The notes below the pieces were generated by a model, which made no database searches, was not told the origin of the DNA, and saw only the letters and a program-made list of their open reading frames with translations. DNA of 64,000 nucleotides from Alphaproteobacteria bacterium (GTDB lineage Bacteria; Pseudomonadota; Alphaproteobacteria; CALKHQ01): NCBI GenBank assembly GCA_965227515.1, contig CBDDFZ010000002.1, positions 928,001 to 992,000 of the forward strand, read 5' to 3'. This document shows, piece after piece, positions 9,031 through 19,321 of the stretch. The position numbers and the translations under genes were made by a program. The first letter of the stretch is position 1; every line of letters begins with the position of its first letter.

Positions 9031-10104
9031 CTAAATAATCTCGTCCTCGTCGAACATCGGGTCGGCTTCGAGCTGGGTGGTCAGGCTCTCTATGGCGGCC
9101 TCGGGGTCGGCGCGCACGGTCTCGGCCATGTGGAACAGGGCATCGCCCTCGTTGACCACCGGCATGTTGGTGCGGCCGATCACGATGCCGGGCACCGGGC
9201 TCTTCACCTCGACCTCGTTGTCGCCGAACGGGTCCGAGATCACGCCCAGCACGTCGTCCTCGTCCACATGCTCGCCCACGGCCTTGAAGGCGCGGAGCAG
9301 GCCGCCCAGCGGCGCGCGCAGCCAAGTGCTGGCGTGGACCTGGATCGGGCGCGCCTTGGCCTTGGTGATGCCCTTGCGCGGCAGCATGTCCATGGCGTGC
9401 ATCACCCGCAGGATGCCGGAGACGCCAGCGCGGCCCGACAGCTCGTCGAACCGCAGCGCCTCGCCAGCCTCGAACAGCAGCACGTCGACGCCGGCCGACT
9501 TCGCCGCCATGCGCAGCGAGCCTTCGCGCAGCTTGGCCCGGATCACGATCGGCGCGCCGAAAGTGGCCGCCAGGTGCAGCGTCTCCTTCTGCGTTGACGA
9601 CACCCGGATCTGCGGCAGGTTCATGCGGTGGATGGCGGCGGAGTGCAGGTCGATGCCGAAGTCGGACCGGCGCACGATCTCGCGCATGAACAGGCTGGCC
9701 AGCCGCCCGGCCAGCGAGCCGCTCTCGGTGCCGGGGAACGAGCGGTTGAGGTCGCGCCGGTCAGGCAGGTAGCGCGAGTGGTTCAGGAAACCGAAGGTGT
9801 TGACGATTGGCACCACCAGCAGCGTGCCGCGCAGCGCGTCGAGCAGGGGAGAGCGCAACAGGCGCCGCGCGATCTCCACCCCGATGATCTCGTCGCCGTG
9901 GATGGCGGCGCTGACGAACAGGGTCGGGCCGGCCCGCCTGCCGTTCACCACGTGCACCGGCATGGTGACCGGCGCGTGGTTCGACAGCACGCTGACCGGC
10001 AGCTCCACGGTCTGGCGCGACCCCGGCGCGATCCGTGCGGTGCCGATCTCGAATGCGGCGCGACGTGCCACTACGGATGCCTCCGTGCCTTTGACATCCG
10101 ACAT
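9031..10104 (-). CDS. succinylglutamate desuccinylase/aspartoacylase family (M14-like) protein
   Basis: AAIHGDEIIG, RDLNRSFPG, IDLHS, FEAGE; C-terminal lipoyl-like barrel. Confidence 0.9.
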   Translation of the reverse strand: MSDVKGTEASVVARRAAFEIGTARIAPGSRQTVELPVSVLSNHAPVTMPVHVVNGRRAGPTLFVSAAIHGDEIIGVEIARRLLRSPLLDALRGTLLVVPIVNTFGFLNHSRYLPDRRDLNRSFPGTESGSLAGRLASLFMREIVRRSDFGIDLHSAAIHRMNLPQIRVSSTQKETLHLAATFGAPIVIRAKLREGSLRMAAKSAGVDVLLFEAGEALRFDELSGRAGVSGILRVMHAMDMLPRKGITKAKARPIQVHASTWLRAPLGGLLRAFKAVGEHVDEDDVLGVISDPFGDNEVEVKSPVPGIVIGRTNMPVVNEGDALFHMAETVRADPEAAIESLTTQLEADPMFDEDEII

Positions 10105-10147
10105 GTGTGCGGCACGCGTTCGGAGCTAGATGTCAGCAATACTCACC

Positions 10148-10320
10148 TCGTCGCCCTCGCACTTGTTGCGAGGGCCTATTCTTGGCTGGAACCTGCCATA
10201 CGTACATGATCCTCGCAGTGCGCTGGCAGTCAACAGCCCGCCACCAGGCTTTCGGGGGGCGCTCGCAACACACTGATATATTGGACATAAATGGATCCTC
10301 GGGACGAGCCCGAGGATGAC
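10148..10320. repeat. paired REP-like palindromes
   Basis: gccctcgcacttgttgcgagggc ... ggatcctcgggacgagcccgaggatgac. Confidence 0.7.
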
Positions 10321-10375
10321 GATCGGGTGATTGTGTTGTTGAAATCCGTGACCTCGCTAAAATAGGGCGGTGCAC

Positions 10376-11281
10376 CTACCCGCGGCCCTTGGTCTTGGTC
10401 TTGCCTGGCTTGGCGTGGGTCGCCAGGAAGTCGATGATCTGGCCGGCCACGTCCTTGCCGGTGGCTTTCTCCACGCCCTCCAGGCCCGGCGAGGAGTTCA
10501 CTTCCATCACCACGGGGCCGTGGTTGGACCGCAGCATGTCGACGCCGCAGACGTTGAGGCCCATCGCCTTGGCGGCGCGCAACGCGGTCGCGCGTTCCTC
10601 CGGCGAGATGCGAATGGCCTGGGCGCTGCCGCCGCGGTGCAGGTTGGAACGGAACTCGCCTTCCGCGCCGCTGCGCTTCATCGCCGCGACCACCTTGCCG
10701 CCGACGACCAGCGCGCGAATGTCGGTGCCGCCGGCCTCCTTGATGAACTCCTGCACCAGGATGTTCACGCCGGCGCCGCGGAATGCTTCGATCACAGACT
10801 TCGCCGAGCGGTCGGTATCCGCCAGCACCACGCCGATGCCCTGGGTGCCTTCCAGCAGCTTCACCACCATGGGCGCGCCGCCGGCCAGCTTTACCACTTC
10901 CTCTGTCTGCTTCGGATCGTGGGCGAAGGTGGTCACCGGCAGGCCGATGCCGTCACGCGCCAGGAGCTGCATCGAGCGCAGCTTGTCGCGCGAGCGGCCG
11001 ATGCCGACCGATTCGTTCAGCGGGTAGACGCCCATCATCTCGAACTGGCGCAGCACGGCCAGCCCGTAGAAGGTGACGGAGGCGCCGATGCGCGGGATCA
11101 CCGCGTCGTACGACGGCAGCTTCTCGCCGTTGTAGTAGATCTCCGGCCGGCGCGCCGCGATGTTCATGTAGCAGCGCAGCGTGTTGATGATGTCGAGCTC
11201 GTGCCCCCGCTCCTCCGCAGCCTCCTTCAATCGCGTGTGCGAGTAGAGGTTGGGGTTGCGGGCCAACATTGCGATTTTCAT
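10376..11281 (-). CDS. rimK: RimK alpha-L-glutamate ligase (ATP-grasp)
   Basis: [62 protein letters not shown]. Confidence 0.95.
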   Translation of the reverse strand: MKIAMLARNPNLYSHTRLKEAAEERGHELDIINTLRCYMNIAARRPEIYYNGEKLPSYDAVIPRIGASVTFYGLAVLRQFEMMGVYPLNESVGIGRSRDKLRSMQLLARDGIGLPVTTFAHDPKQTEEVVKLAGGAPMVVKLLEGTQGIGVVLADTDRSAKSVIEAFRGAGVNILVQEFIKEAGGTDIRALVVGGKVVAAMKRSGAEGEFRSNLHRGGSAQAIRISPEERATALRAAKAMGLNVCGVDMLRSNHGPVVMEVNSSPGLEGVEKATGKDVAGQIIDFLATHAKPGKTKTKGRG

Positions 11282-11766
11282 GCGTGTTCTCCTGGCGCGA
11301 CCCGGTCTTTCAGCCGCGCTTTGGGTGGACCGGCCAGAAACGAGTGTGCCGGATCGACCAGGATGCGCCGCCGCCGGATGGCGGTGCGGCCCAGGATCAT
11401 ATCGAAGCCCATCTGCGCCCTGTCGGCCAGCGAGCATTCGATATGCCATTTGTGCCGGCCCAGCAGGACCAGCGTCGAAATCACGTGGCGGCGCTCGGGG
11501 ACGCCGCTGGTATTCTTGATATCGCGCTGCCCGATCAGCGGGGCCTCGCAGATCGGCCCGTGGCGATGGTTGGAGATGGGCAGCACGAAACGTACCCAGA
11601 GCTGGCCATCGCGCTCGAACTCCTCCTGCTCCTCGCCGTGCAGCGCCGAGGTGCGCGCGCCGGTGTCGATCTTCACCTTCATCGACGGAACCGCGAAATC
11701 GGGCAGGCTGATCAGTTCCCGCCAGCCAATCACTTCCGGCGGGCGTTTCGGACGAATGGCGTTCAC
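11278..11766 (-). CDS. RimK-associated retropepsin-like putative protease
   Basis: [28 protein letters not shown]; overlaps rimK start. Confidence 0.9.
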   Translation of the reverse strand: MNAIRPKRPPEVIGWRELISLPDFAVPSMKVKIDTGARTSALHGEEQEEFERDGQLWVRFVLPISNHRHGPICEAPLIGQRDIKNTSGVPERRHVISTLVLLGRHKWHIECSLADRAQMGFDMILGRTAIRRRRILVDPAHSFLAGPPKARLKDRVAPGEHA

Positions 11767-12050
11767 GTCAGGCAGTCCTCGTTGGCGCGCCGGTAGTTGG
11801 TAAAGGCATTCGCCGACATCACGACGAAAAACGTCTCCATGTCGATCAACACGTAGCCTGCCTCGAACACCGCGCGCTGCAAATCGCGCACGTCATCTTC
11901 GTACAACCGGCGGCGCCCTGCCAACTGGCGCACCAGCTTCATCGGAATGCGGAACCGCCCGCCCGTCTTGCCGCCGAACGCCTTGTCGTAGAGCGCCACC
12001 AGTTTCGCGGCCGTCGTCTCGACCCAGGGCGTGTGCTGCGTCGTCGTCAT
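11763..12050 (-). CDS. small hypothetical protein heading the rimK operon
   Basis: 95-aa ORF ([22 protein letters not shown]...NYRRANE); GTGA overlap with the protease gene. Confidence 0.75.
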   Translation of the reverse strand: MTTTQHTPWVETTAAKLVALYDKAFGGKTGGRFRIPMKLVRQLAGRRRLYEDDVRDLQRAVFEAGYVLIDMETFFVVMSANAFTNYRRANEDCLT

Positions 12051-12148
12051 GATGAGTTCATACTCAGGCAAAAATAATTTGTCCATAGGTAAAAAAATAT
12101 ATATGACAATTTCGATCCGGCGCGTGGCGCCGGCAGTCAGGAGCTCGC

Positions 12149-13564
12149 ATGACCGACAAGGATCCCACCCCCGAGCAGGACCGCGTTGAAGGCGATGCCG
12201 ACCCCACGCCCGAGAGCGCGCCCGAAAGCACAACCGAGACGATCCGGCGCCTGTTGGAGGGCGAAGACGGCGATGCGCTGTCCGCATTGCTGGACCCGCT
12301 GCCGCTGAGCGATGCGCTGCGCGAACTGCTGCTGTTGTCGCCGGATGAGCGCGACGCGGTGCTGTCGCTGGTGTCGCTGGAGCTTGCCGCCGCACTGATC
12401 GAGGAGGCGCCGACGGAGCTTGCCGTCGATCTGGTCAGGCGCATGGAAGCGTCCCAGGCCGCCGCGATCATCGACGAGCTGGACAGTGACGTGCAGGCCG
12501 ACGTCATCGGCGAGTTGAAGGCGGCCGATGCCGAGGCGATCCTGTCCGAGCTGGATGCCGAGGACGCCGAGGATGTGCGCCGGCTGGCCGAGTACGACGA
12601 CGACACCGCCGGCGGCCTGATGGTGGCGGAGGCGTTCACCTTCCTGGAGACCGACACCGTCGGCAAGGTGCTGCGCGGGCTTTCCACCGACGACGACGAC
12701 TTCGAGCGCTATCGCGGCCAGCACCCTTACATCGTGGATGCCGAGGGGCGCCCGATCGGCGTGGTGTCGCTGCGCGGCCTGCTGACCTCCAAGCGCAGCG
12801 CCAAGCTGCCGGAGATCATGTCGACCCCGATCACCGTGCCGGTGGACATGGGGCTGGACGCGCTGCAGGACATCTTCGACGAGAACCCGTTCCTGGGCCT
12901 GCCGGTGGTGGAGGCCGACGGCACGCTGGTGGGCGTGGTGTCGCGCGCGGCGGTCGACTTCGCGATCCTGGAGCGCGCGGAGACCGAAAGCATGCGCCGC
13001 CAGGGCGTGGTCGGCGACGAGCTGCGCTCGATGCCGCTGCAACTGCGCGCCCGCCGCCGGCTGGCGTGGCTGTCGGCCAACATCGTGCTCAACATCATCG
13101 CCGCCAGCGTGATCTCCGCCTACGAGGAGACGCTCGCGGCCGTGATCGCGATTGCCGTGTTCCTGCCGATGGTGTCCGACATGAGCGGATGCTCCGGCAA
13201 CCAGGCGGTGGCGGTAACCATGCGCGAGCTGGCGCTGGGCCTGGTCAGGCCGGTCGACGCCTTCCGCGTCTGGATGAAGGAAGCCTCGGTCGGGCTGATC
13301 AACGGCATCGCGCTCGGCATCCTGATCGGCATCGTCGCCTGGGTGTGGAAGGGCAACGTCTATCTGGGCGTCGTCATCGGCGTGGCGCTGGCGCTCAACA
13401 CCCTGATCGCGGTGTCGATCGGCGGCGTGGTGCCGCTGTTGCTGAAGCGCTTCAAGCAGGACCCGGCGGTGGCCAGCGGCCCGCTGCTGACCACCATCAC
13501 CGATATGGCCGGCTTCTTCCTTGTGCTCAGCCTGGCCAGCGTGATGATGTCGGTGCTGGTATAG
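12149..13564 (+). CDS. mgtE: magnesium transporter MgtE
   Basis: Acidic N-domain, YDDDTAGGLM, CBS pair, RLAWL, PMVSDMSGCSGNQA, DPAVASGPLLTTITD. Confidence 0.93.
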   Translation: MTDKDPTPEQDRVEGDADPTPESAPESTTETIRRLLEGEDGDALSALLDPLPLSDALRELLLLSPDERDAVLSLVSLELAAALIEEAPTELAVDLVRRMEASQAAAIIDELDSDVQADVIGELKAADAEAILSELDAEDAEDVRRLAEYDDDTAGGLMVAEAFTFLETDTVGKVLRGLSTDDDDFERYRGQHPYIVDAEGRPIGVVSLRGLLTSKRSAKLPEIMSTPITVPVDMGLDALQDIFDENPFLGLPVVEADGTLVGVVSRAAVDFAILERAETESMRRQGVVGDELRSMPLQLRARRRLAWLSANIVLNIIAASVISAYEETLAAVIAIAVFLPMVSDMSGCSGNQAVAVTMRELALGLVRPVDAFRVWMKEASVGLINGIALGILIGIVAWVWKGNVYLGVVIGVALALNTLIAVSIGGVVPLLLKRFKQDPAVASGPLLTTITDMAGFFLVLSLASVMMSVLV

Positions 13565-13599
13565 GGCTGGCGGCGTAGCGACGACATGGAGCGAGGGGC

Positions 13600-14013
13600 A
13601 TGGTCTTCGACCGGGAATTGATCTCGAACGGCAACCCGATGGAGGCGGTGGTCGGTTTCAGCCGCGCCGTGCGGGTGGGCCCGTTCATCAGCATCGGCGG
13701 GACGGCGCCGGTCGGGCCCGATGGCAAGACCGTCGGCGTCGGCGAGGTGGCGGCGCAGACCCGGCAGTGCATCGAGATCATCAAGGCGGCGTTGGAGCAG
13801 GCAGGCTCTGGCCTGCACGACGTCGTGCGCACCAGGGTGATCCTGACCAACATTGACGACTGGAAGGCGGCCATCGACGTGCGGAAGGCGTATTTCCGCG
13901 ACGTGCGGCCGGTGGACACGATCATGGCGGTCGACCGCTTCGTCAATCCGGAATGGCTGGTCGAACTGGAGGCCGATGCCATCGTCCAGGGCTGGCCGGC
14001 GGGTGCCGGCTGA
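13600..14013 (+). CDS. RidA/YjgF family protein
   Basis: VGFSRAVRVG, QTRQC, DVVRTRV, LVELEADA. Confidence 0.9.
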   Translation: MVFDRELISNGNPMEAVVGFSRAVRVGPFISIGGTAPVGPDGKTVGVGEVAAQTRQCIEIIKAALEQAGSGLHDVVRTRVILTNIDDWKAAIDVRKAYFRDVRPVDTIMAVDRFVNPEWLVELEADAIVQGWPAGAG

Positions 14014-14071
14014 TCGGTCGCGTGGCGCCGAGGCGCTAGGTCACACGCGGTTTTGTTGACGCCCGGTATTG

Positions 14072-14100
14072 TTGACGGGGACGGCGCAGGCGCATAGACC
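14072..14100 (+). promoter_or_regulatory. putative sigma70 promoter of sdhCDA
   Basis: TTGACG-17 bp-TAGACC. Confidence 0.5.
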
Positions 14101-14179
14101 TTGAACGTGCTGGGAGGCGTCCGAACCGGTGCCACCCGGCGACTATTTTCCGGCGCCCACTTCAATGGCGAGTCCCCCC

Positions 14180-14572
14180 ATGTCCGCGACCGAACGCCCG
14201 CTTTCCCCGCACCTCCAGGTCTACCGGCTGCCGTTCACGGCCATCCTGTCGATCCTGCACCGGCTGACCGGCATCGCGCTGTACGGCGGCACGTTCGTGT
14301 GGGTGTGGTGGCTGGCGGGCGCCGGGCTGGACGGCGATCTGTTCGACGCCGCCGCCTGGTTCCTCGGCTCCTGGCTCGGCTACATCATCCTGATCGGATG
14401 GACGTTCGCGCTGTTCCTGCACCTGGGCAACGGCATTCGGCACCTGTTCTGGGACGTTGGGCGCGGTTACGAGCTGAAGACCGCGGACGCCTCGGGCTGG
14501 CTGGTGGTGCTGGCCGCAGCCGGGCTGACCGTGGCGACCTGGATCGCCGCGTTCATCGTGATGGCGGATTGA
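14180..14572 (+). CDS. sdhC: succinate dehydrogenase cytochrome b556 subunit
   Basis: RPLSPHLQVYR, SILHRLTG, HLGNGIRHLFWD. Confidence 0.95.
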   Translation: MSATERPLSPHLQVYRLPFTAILSILHRLTGIALYGGTFVWVWWLAGAGLDGDLFDAAAWFLGSWLGYIILIGWTFALFLHLGNGIRHLFWDVGRGYELKTADASGWLVVLAAAGLTVATWIAAFIVMAD

Positions 14573-14584
14573 GGGAGGGCGGCG

Positions 14585-14974
14585 ATGAAGACTTCTAACA
14601 GCATGCGCACGCCCATCGGCCGGGTCCGTGGGCTGGGGTCCGCGAAAGAGGGCGTCGAGCACTGGTGGCTGCAGCGGTTGACCGCCATCGCCCTGGTGCC
14701 GCTGGTGATCTGGTACGTGATCTCGCTGATCGCCCACGCCGGCGCTGAACGTGGCGACGTGCAGGAGTGGCTGGCCAACCCGTTCTCGGCCATCGCCTCG
14801 GTGCTGCTGATCGTCGCGACGATGTGGCACGCGCAGCTCGGTTTGCAGGTGGTCATCGAGGACTATGTTCATTCCGAATGGAAGAAGATCACGCTGTTGG
14901 TGCTGAACAAGTTCGCGTCGATCGTGCTGGCGGCGATCGCGATCTTTGCGGTGCTGCGAATCGCGTTTGAGTAA
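14585..14974 (+). CDS. sdhD: succinate dehydrogenase membrane anchor subunit
   Basis: RVRGLGSAKEGVEHWWLQRLTA, HAQLGLQVVIEDYVH. Confidence 0.95.
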   Translation: MKTSNSMRTPIGRVRGLGSAKEGVEHWWLQRLTAIALVPLVIWYVISLIAHAGAERGDVQEWLANPFSAIASVLLIVATMWHAQLGLQVVIEDYVHSEWKKITLLVLNKFASIVLAAIAIFAVLRIAFE

Positions 14975-14977
14975 ACC

Positions 14978-15064
14978 AATAACGGTGACAGTTTACTAAA
15001 TACGCGTGCAGGCCTTGCGGTTCGATTGGCGCAGAAGGGTATTTAGTAAACTGTCACCGTTATT
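14978..15064. repeat. 26-bp perfect inverted repeat element (GGTGACAGTTTACTAAATAC family)
   Basis: aataacggtgacagtttactaaatac -35 nt- gtatttagtaaactgtcaccgttatt; second copy at 57056-57140. Confidence 0.85.
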
Positions 15065-15113
15065 GAGCTGCGATGAGTTATCTCATCGCGCCCAATGTGA
15101 AATGGAGTGACCC

Positions 15114-16907
15114 ATGGGTACGGCCTATCCGATCACGGATCACAGCTATGACGTGGTGGTCGTCGGCGCCGGCGGCGCCGGTTTGCGCGCCACGTTCGGC
15201 ATGGCCGAGAAGGGGCTGAAAACCGCCTGCATCACCAAGGTGTTCCCCACCCGCAGCCACACGGTGGCGGCGCAGGGCGGCATCTCCGCCGCGCTGGGCA
15301 ACATGGGCGCCGACAACTGGCGCTGGCACATGTACGACACCGTCAAGGGCTCCGACTGGCTGGGCGACCAGGACGCCATCGAATACATGTGCCGCGAGGC
15401 GATCCCCGCCGTGGTCGAGCTGGAGCACTATGGCGTGCCGTTCAGCCGGACCGAGGCGGGCAAGATCTACCAGCGCCCGTTCGGCGGCATGACCACCGAG
15501 TTCGGCGACGGCCCCGCCGCCCACCGCACCTGTGCGGCGGCCGACCGCACCGGCCACGCCATCCTGCACACCCTCTACCAGCAGGCGCTGCGCTGCGAGG
15601 CGGAGTTCTACATCGAGTATTTCGCCCTCGACCTGATCATGGATGAAGAGGGCCAGTGCCGCGGCGTGATGGCCTGGAACCTCGACGACGGCTCGATCCA
15701 CCGCTTCACCGCCAAGACCGTGGTGCTGGCGACCGGCGGCTATGGCCGGGTCTATTTCTCCTGCACCTCCGCCCACACCTGCACCGGCGACGGCGGCGGC
15801 ATGGCGCTGCGCGCCGGCCTGCCGTGCCAGGACATGGAGTTCATCCAGTTCCACCCGACGGGCATCTATGGCGCCGGCTGCCTGATCACCGAGGGCGTGC
15901 GCGGCGAGGGCGGCTACCTCACCAACTCCGACGGCGAACGCTTCATGGAGCGCTACGCCCCCTCGGCCAAGGACCTGGCCAGCCGCGACGTGGTCTCGCG
16001 CTCGATGACCATCGAGATCCGCGAGGGCCGCGGCGTCGGCCCCAACAACGACCACATCCACCTGCATATCGAGCATCTGGATCCGGCGGTGATCCACGAG
16101 CGCCTGCCCGGCATCGCCGAGACCGCGCGCATCTTCGCCGGCGTCGACGTGACCACCGACCCGATCCCGGTGCTGCCGACCTGCCATTACAACATGGGCG
16201 GCATCCCCACCAACGTGCATGGCGAGGTGCTGCAGCCGACCGAGAACGACCCGGACGCGGTGGTGCCCGGCCTGATGGCGATCGGCGAGGCGGCGTGCGT
16301 GTCGGTGCACGGCGCCAACCGGCTCGGCTCCAACTCGCTGCTGGACCTGGTGGTGTTCGGCCGCGCCGCGGCCATCCGCGCGGCGGAGAAGATCGACCCG
16401 GCCGAACGGGTGCCGAGCCTGCCGCCCGATGCCGGTGAGAAGGCGCTGGACCGGCTCGACCGGTTCCGCCACGCCGACGGCGGCACCCGCACCGCGCACC
16501 TGCGGCTGGAGATGCAGAAGGCGATGCAGGAGAACTGCGCGGTGTTCCGCACCGGCGAGGTGCTGGCCGAGGGCGTGGAGAAGGTGGGCGAGGCCTATGG
16601 CAAGCTCGCCGACCTTCAGGTCTCCGACCGCTCCATGGTGTGGAATTCCGACCTGATGGAGACCCTGGAGCTCGACAATCTGATGGTCCAGGCCAAGGTC
16701 TCGATCGAGAGTGCGGCCAACCGCGAGGAGAGCCGCGGCGCCCACGCGCGCGAGGACTTCGCCGACCGCAACGACGAGGAATGGATGAAGCACACCGTCG
16801 CCTGGTGCGCCGACGACGGCACCGTCACCCTCGGCTACCGGCCCGTGCACATGCAGCCGATGACCAACGAGGTGCAGTCATTCCCCCCGAAGGCAAGGGT
16901 GTATTAA
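15114..16907 (+). CDS. sdhA: succinate dehydrogenase flavoprotein subunit
   Basis: [55 protein letters not shown]. Confidence 0.98.
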   Translation: MGTAYPITDHSYDVVVVGAGGAGLRATFGMAEKGLKTACITKVFPTRSHTVAAQGGISAALGNMGADNWRWHMYDTVKGSDWLGDQDAIEYMCREAIPAVVELEHYGVPFSRTEAGKIYQRPFGGMTTEFGDGPAAHRTCAAADRTGHAILHTLYQQALRCEAEFYIEYFALDLIMDEEGQCRGVMAWNLDDGSIHRFTAKTVVLATGGYGRVYFSCTSAHTCTGDGGGMALRAGLPCQDMEFIQFHPTGIYGAGCLITEGVRGEGGYLTNSDGERFMERYAPSAKDLASRDVVSRSMTIEIREGRGVGPNNDHIHLHIEHLDPAVIHERLPGIAETARIFAGVDVTTDPIPVLPTCHYNMGGIPTNVHGEVLQPTENDPDAVVPGLMAIGEAACVSVHGANRLGSNSLLDLVVFGRAAAIRAAEKIDPAERVPSLPPDAGEKALDRLDRFRHADGGTRTAHLRLEMQKAMQENCAVFRTGEVLAEGVEKVGEAYGKLADLQVSDRSMVWNSDLMETLELDNLMVQAKVSIESAANREESRGAHAREDFADRNDEEWMKHTVAWCADDGTVTLGYRPVHMQPMTNEVQSFPPKARVY

Positions 16908-17075
16908 TTGCCAACTTGAGCAAGAGGGGATTACTATCGAGCAAATCTGGAAGGACCGATCTCTGCCAGGACAAGAATGATGCAATTGCAAATCTGAATT
17001 TGAAATAATTCAAAAACCTCAAACCGTCGAGCATATGGCCATGCACCACCATGTTGCCAAACTGGGATACCGAAG

Positions 17076-18271
17076 ATGACCAGCAATACTAATGAGAAAC
17101 AAGATAAAACCCTTTTTTTGTCATTCTTTGGTGATGGTCCATATTGGTCCGATTTTCTACATATTCTAGCGTATCCATCAAATATAAATTATATCTGGCC
17201 TTTCCGTTACGACGGATCGTTAATAGAACCCTCACTGATTGAATTTTTAATCGCCAAAAAAATATTAAAAGTCTAATTGGTCAGAATATAGTGATTGGAA
17301 CAAGATTCCAAGATCAAAAATATTTTGAAAAATTCTATCCAATTCGAACGGCCCAACTCAAGAGACTTCAAGATGAAGCGGGAATATACCAATTCCACTT
17401 TGTTCTAGATCGGGCGTTTGACTACACAGATGCTGGCAGTTTGGCGGACAAAGGGGTGAGCGTTGAAACTAATACAAACTACCTCGCCTTCCTTGAGCCG
17501 AAAGACAAAAATCTACCTTCATTATGTAGCGACGAAAATGAAAGCAATAACTGGGGTGCATTTTCCAAGATAATATCGGACGAGAGAATCTTACCAATTG
17601 CACCTCAAGCCAGGAATGCACTTTGGCTTCATTTTCCAAAACCTAACACAGAAAATAGCAATCTACGACGTGGAATTCAAACAGTCTCCAACAGTATGCT
17701 ATGGTGGCGTCGCAGATCAGCCGAACGTAGCTTCTATCTTTATGCTGGCGAGAAATCACGCCTTACGTATGCTCACAAGGTGCCTTCACTCGATTCAGTC
17801 AATACCACACTAGGCGAAATTGATATCCAAGTCGAGGTCGACACCAATAAACTTGATGTAGGTACCGTTGGCTCGCGTGCGATCGGTAACTATGGTGTCC
17901 AAGAAATTACAATATCCGCCCTAAAGCCAACCTACATTGGTAGAAAGATTACGTATAAATTTTCCGATACTGAATTACATTCGCAGAATGGCAAAAATAT
18001 TATTAGTACCAATGCATTTGAAATTCCGATTTTCGTTCGTTGGTCACTGTTGAATTGGGTTAAGACGTCGCTGCTACCGTTCTTTATACTGTTCATATCG
18101 CTTTTTGTGTTAGGATTGTCGGGCTTCTTGGAGAAAAACATGGAAAAGATAATCTCCGGCACATTGTCATTCGATGTATTGCTCCAGAACTGGCAGTTTG
18201 TGATTGTTATTATTCTCGCATCGGCTGCCGCAACATTGGCAATTCCGTTCTTTAAAGATAAGGAAAAATGA
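17076..18271 (+). pseudogene. frameshifted (or error-split) hypothetical protein with two C-terminal TM helices, about 398 aa if fused
   Basis: ORF 17076-17276 and ORF 17291-18271 join by a -1 shift; the downstream frame is open from 17243, covering T5 (17244-17248) and A7 (17256-17262) runs. Confidence 0.6.
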
Positions 18272-19299
18272 GAAAAATGTTAGATATATCGCCCGAAATT
18301 ACAAATATCTACGGCCGTGATTTTGTGATGTTAGACCAAGACGATCAAGAGAGATTAGTTGACCTGGCATTTTCATACTGGAGATCAAAAGGGTTTCCTT
18401 ACCCACCAGTTCATCGGAAAATAGCCGTGCGCGAACTCGCGTTGTTGAAAGAAATAACCGCCTATGAGAGCGAACGCATTTTTAGACGATCGTCGACAGT
18501 TGGCCTTCGCACCGCAAATGGATGCCAACCGAAGTTATGGGAGGCGCGCGTTAAAGGACGTTCGCCGCTCCAGTGCTTTGAAGACGACGAGAGTTTGCGC
18601 GCTATTTTGAGAAAGGCAGCGAAGTTGAGGCCGGATCGTCGTTGCTGGTCCGCAAATGAGGTGCGGACCTTTTGTGGTCTGTTTAACCGGTCAAGAGTTT
18701 CAAATTTCCGACCTACAGTCGCGAAGATCATCTACGAAATGTATAGTTCAAAAGGTGATCCGGTTCTCGATTTTTCAGCCGGTTACGGAGGTCGGGCTTT
18801 TGGCGCTCTAGCCTGTGATAGGCTATACTATGGTGTTGATCCAGAGGGAGCGCATATTTCTGGAATACATAAAATGGCCAAGATGGTAGGCGGCAAGGTA
18901 AAATTGCTTAATGATTGCGCAGAGGACGTGCTATGCAACTTCCCCGCAAGTTCGTTTTCTTTGGTATTTTCAAGTCCACCATATTTTAGTTTAGAGAAAT
19001 ACTCTGACGATGGGAGGCAAAGCTATATACGATATCCAGGGTATGAGATGTGGTTGCGGTATTTTCTAAAGAAAATCATTTTAAGATCATTTGAAATATT
19101 GGAAAAGGGCGGATTTTTTATCGTGAATATTGCAAATATATCCAAATTTGATTTGGCAAACGACTTTAGTAATATGGCCACAGAGGTATTCGGCGATAGA
19201 GTGGCTTTGCACTCTATGTTTGTTAGGAGCAATCCATCCTATACTTACAAGTATGGCGTGACGTCGCGCGTGGAGCCGATTTTTGTTTTTCGCAAATAG
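18268..19299 (+). CDS. SAM-dependent amino-methyltransferase-fold protein (N4-C/N6-A DNA MTase-like)
   Basis: NFRPTVAK, motif I VLDFSAGYGGR, YYGVDP, motif IV FSSPPYF; ATGA overlap with the upstream gene. Confidence 0.85.
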   Translation: MRKMLDISPEITNIYGRDFVMLDQDDQERLVDLAFSYWRSKGFPYPPVHRKIAVRELALLKEITAYESERIFRRSSTVGLRTANGCQPKLWEARVKGRSPLQCFEDDESLRAILRKAAKLRPDRRCWSANEVRTFCGLFNRSRVSNFRPTVAKIIYEMYSSKGDPVLDFSAGYGGRAFGALACDRLYYGVDPEGAHISGIHKMAKMVGGKVKLLNDCAEDVLCNFPASSFSLVFSSPPYFSLEKYSDDGRQSYIRYPGYEMWLRYFLKKIILRSFEILEKGGFFIVNIANISKFDLANDFSNMATEVFGDRVALHSMFVRSNPSYTYKYGVTSRVEPIFVFRK

Positions 19300-19321
19300 A
19301 AGCGAGTTGTAGAGAATTGCG

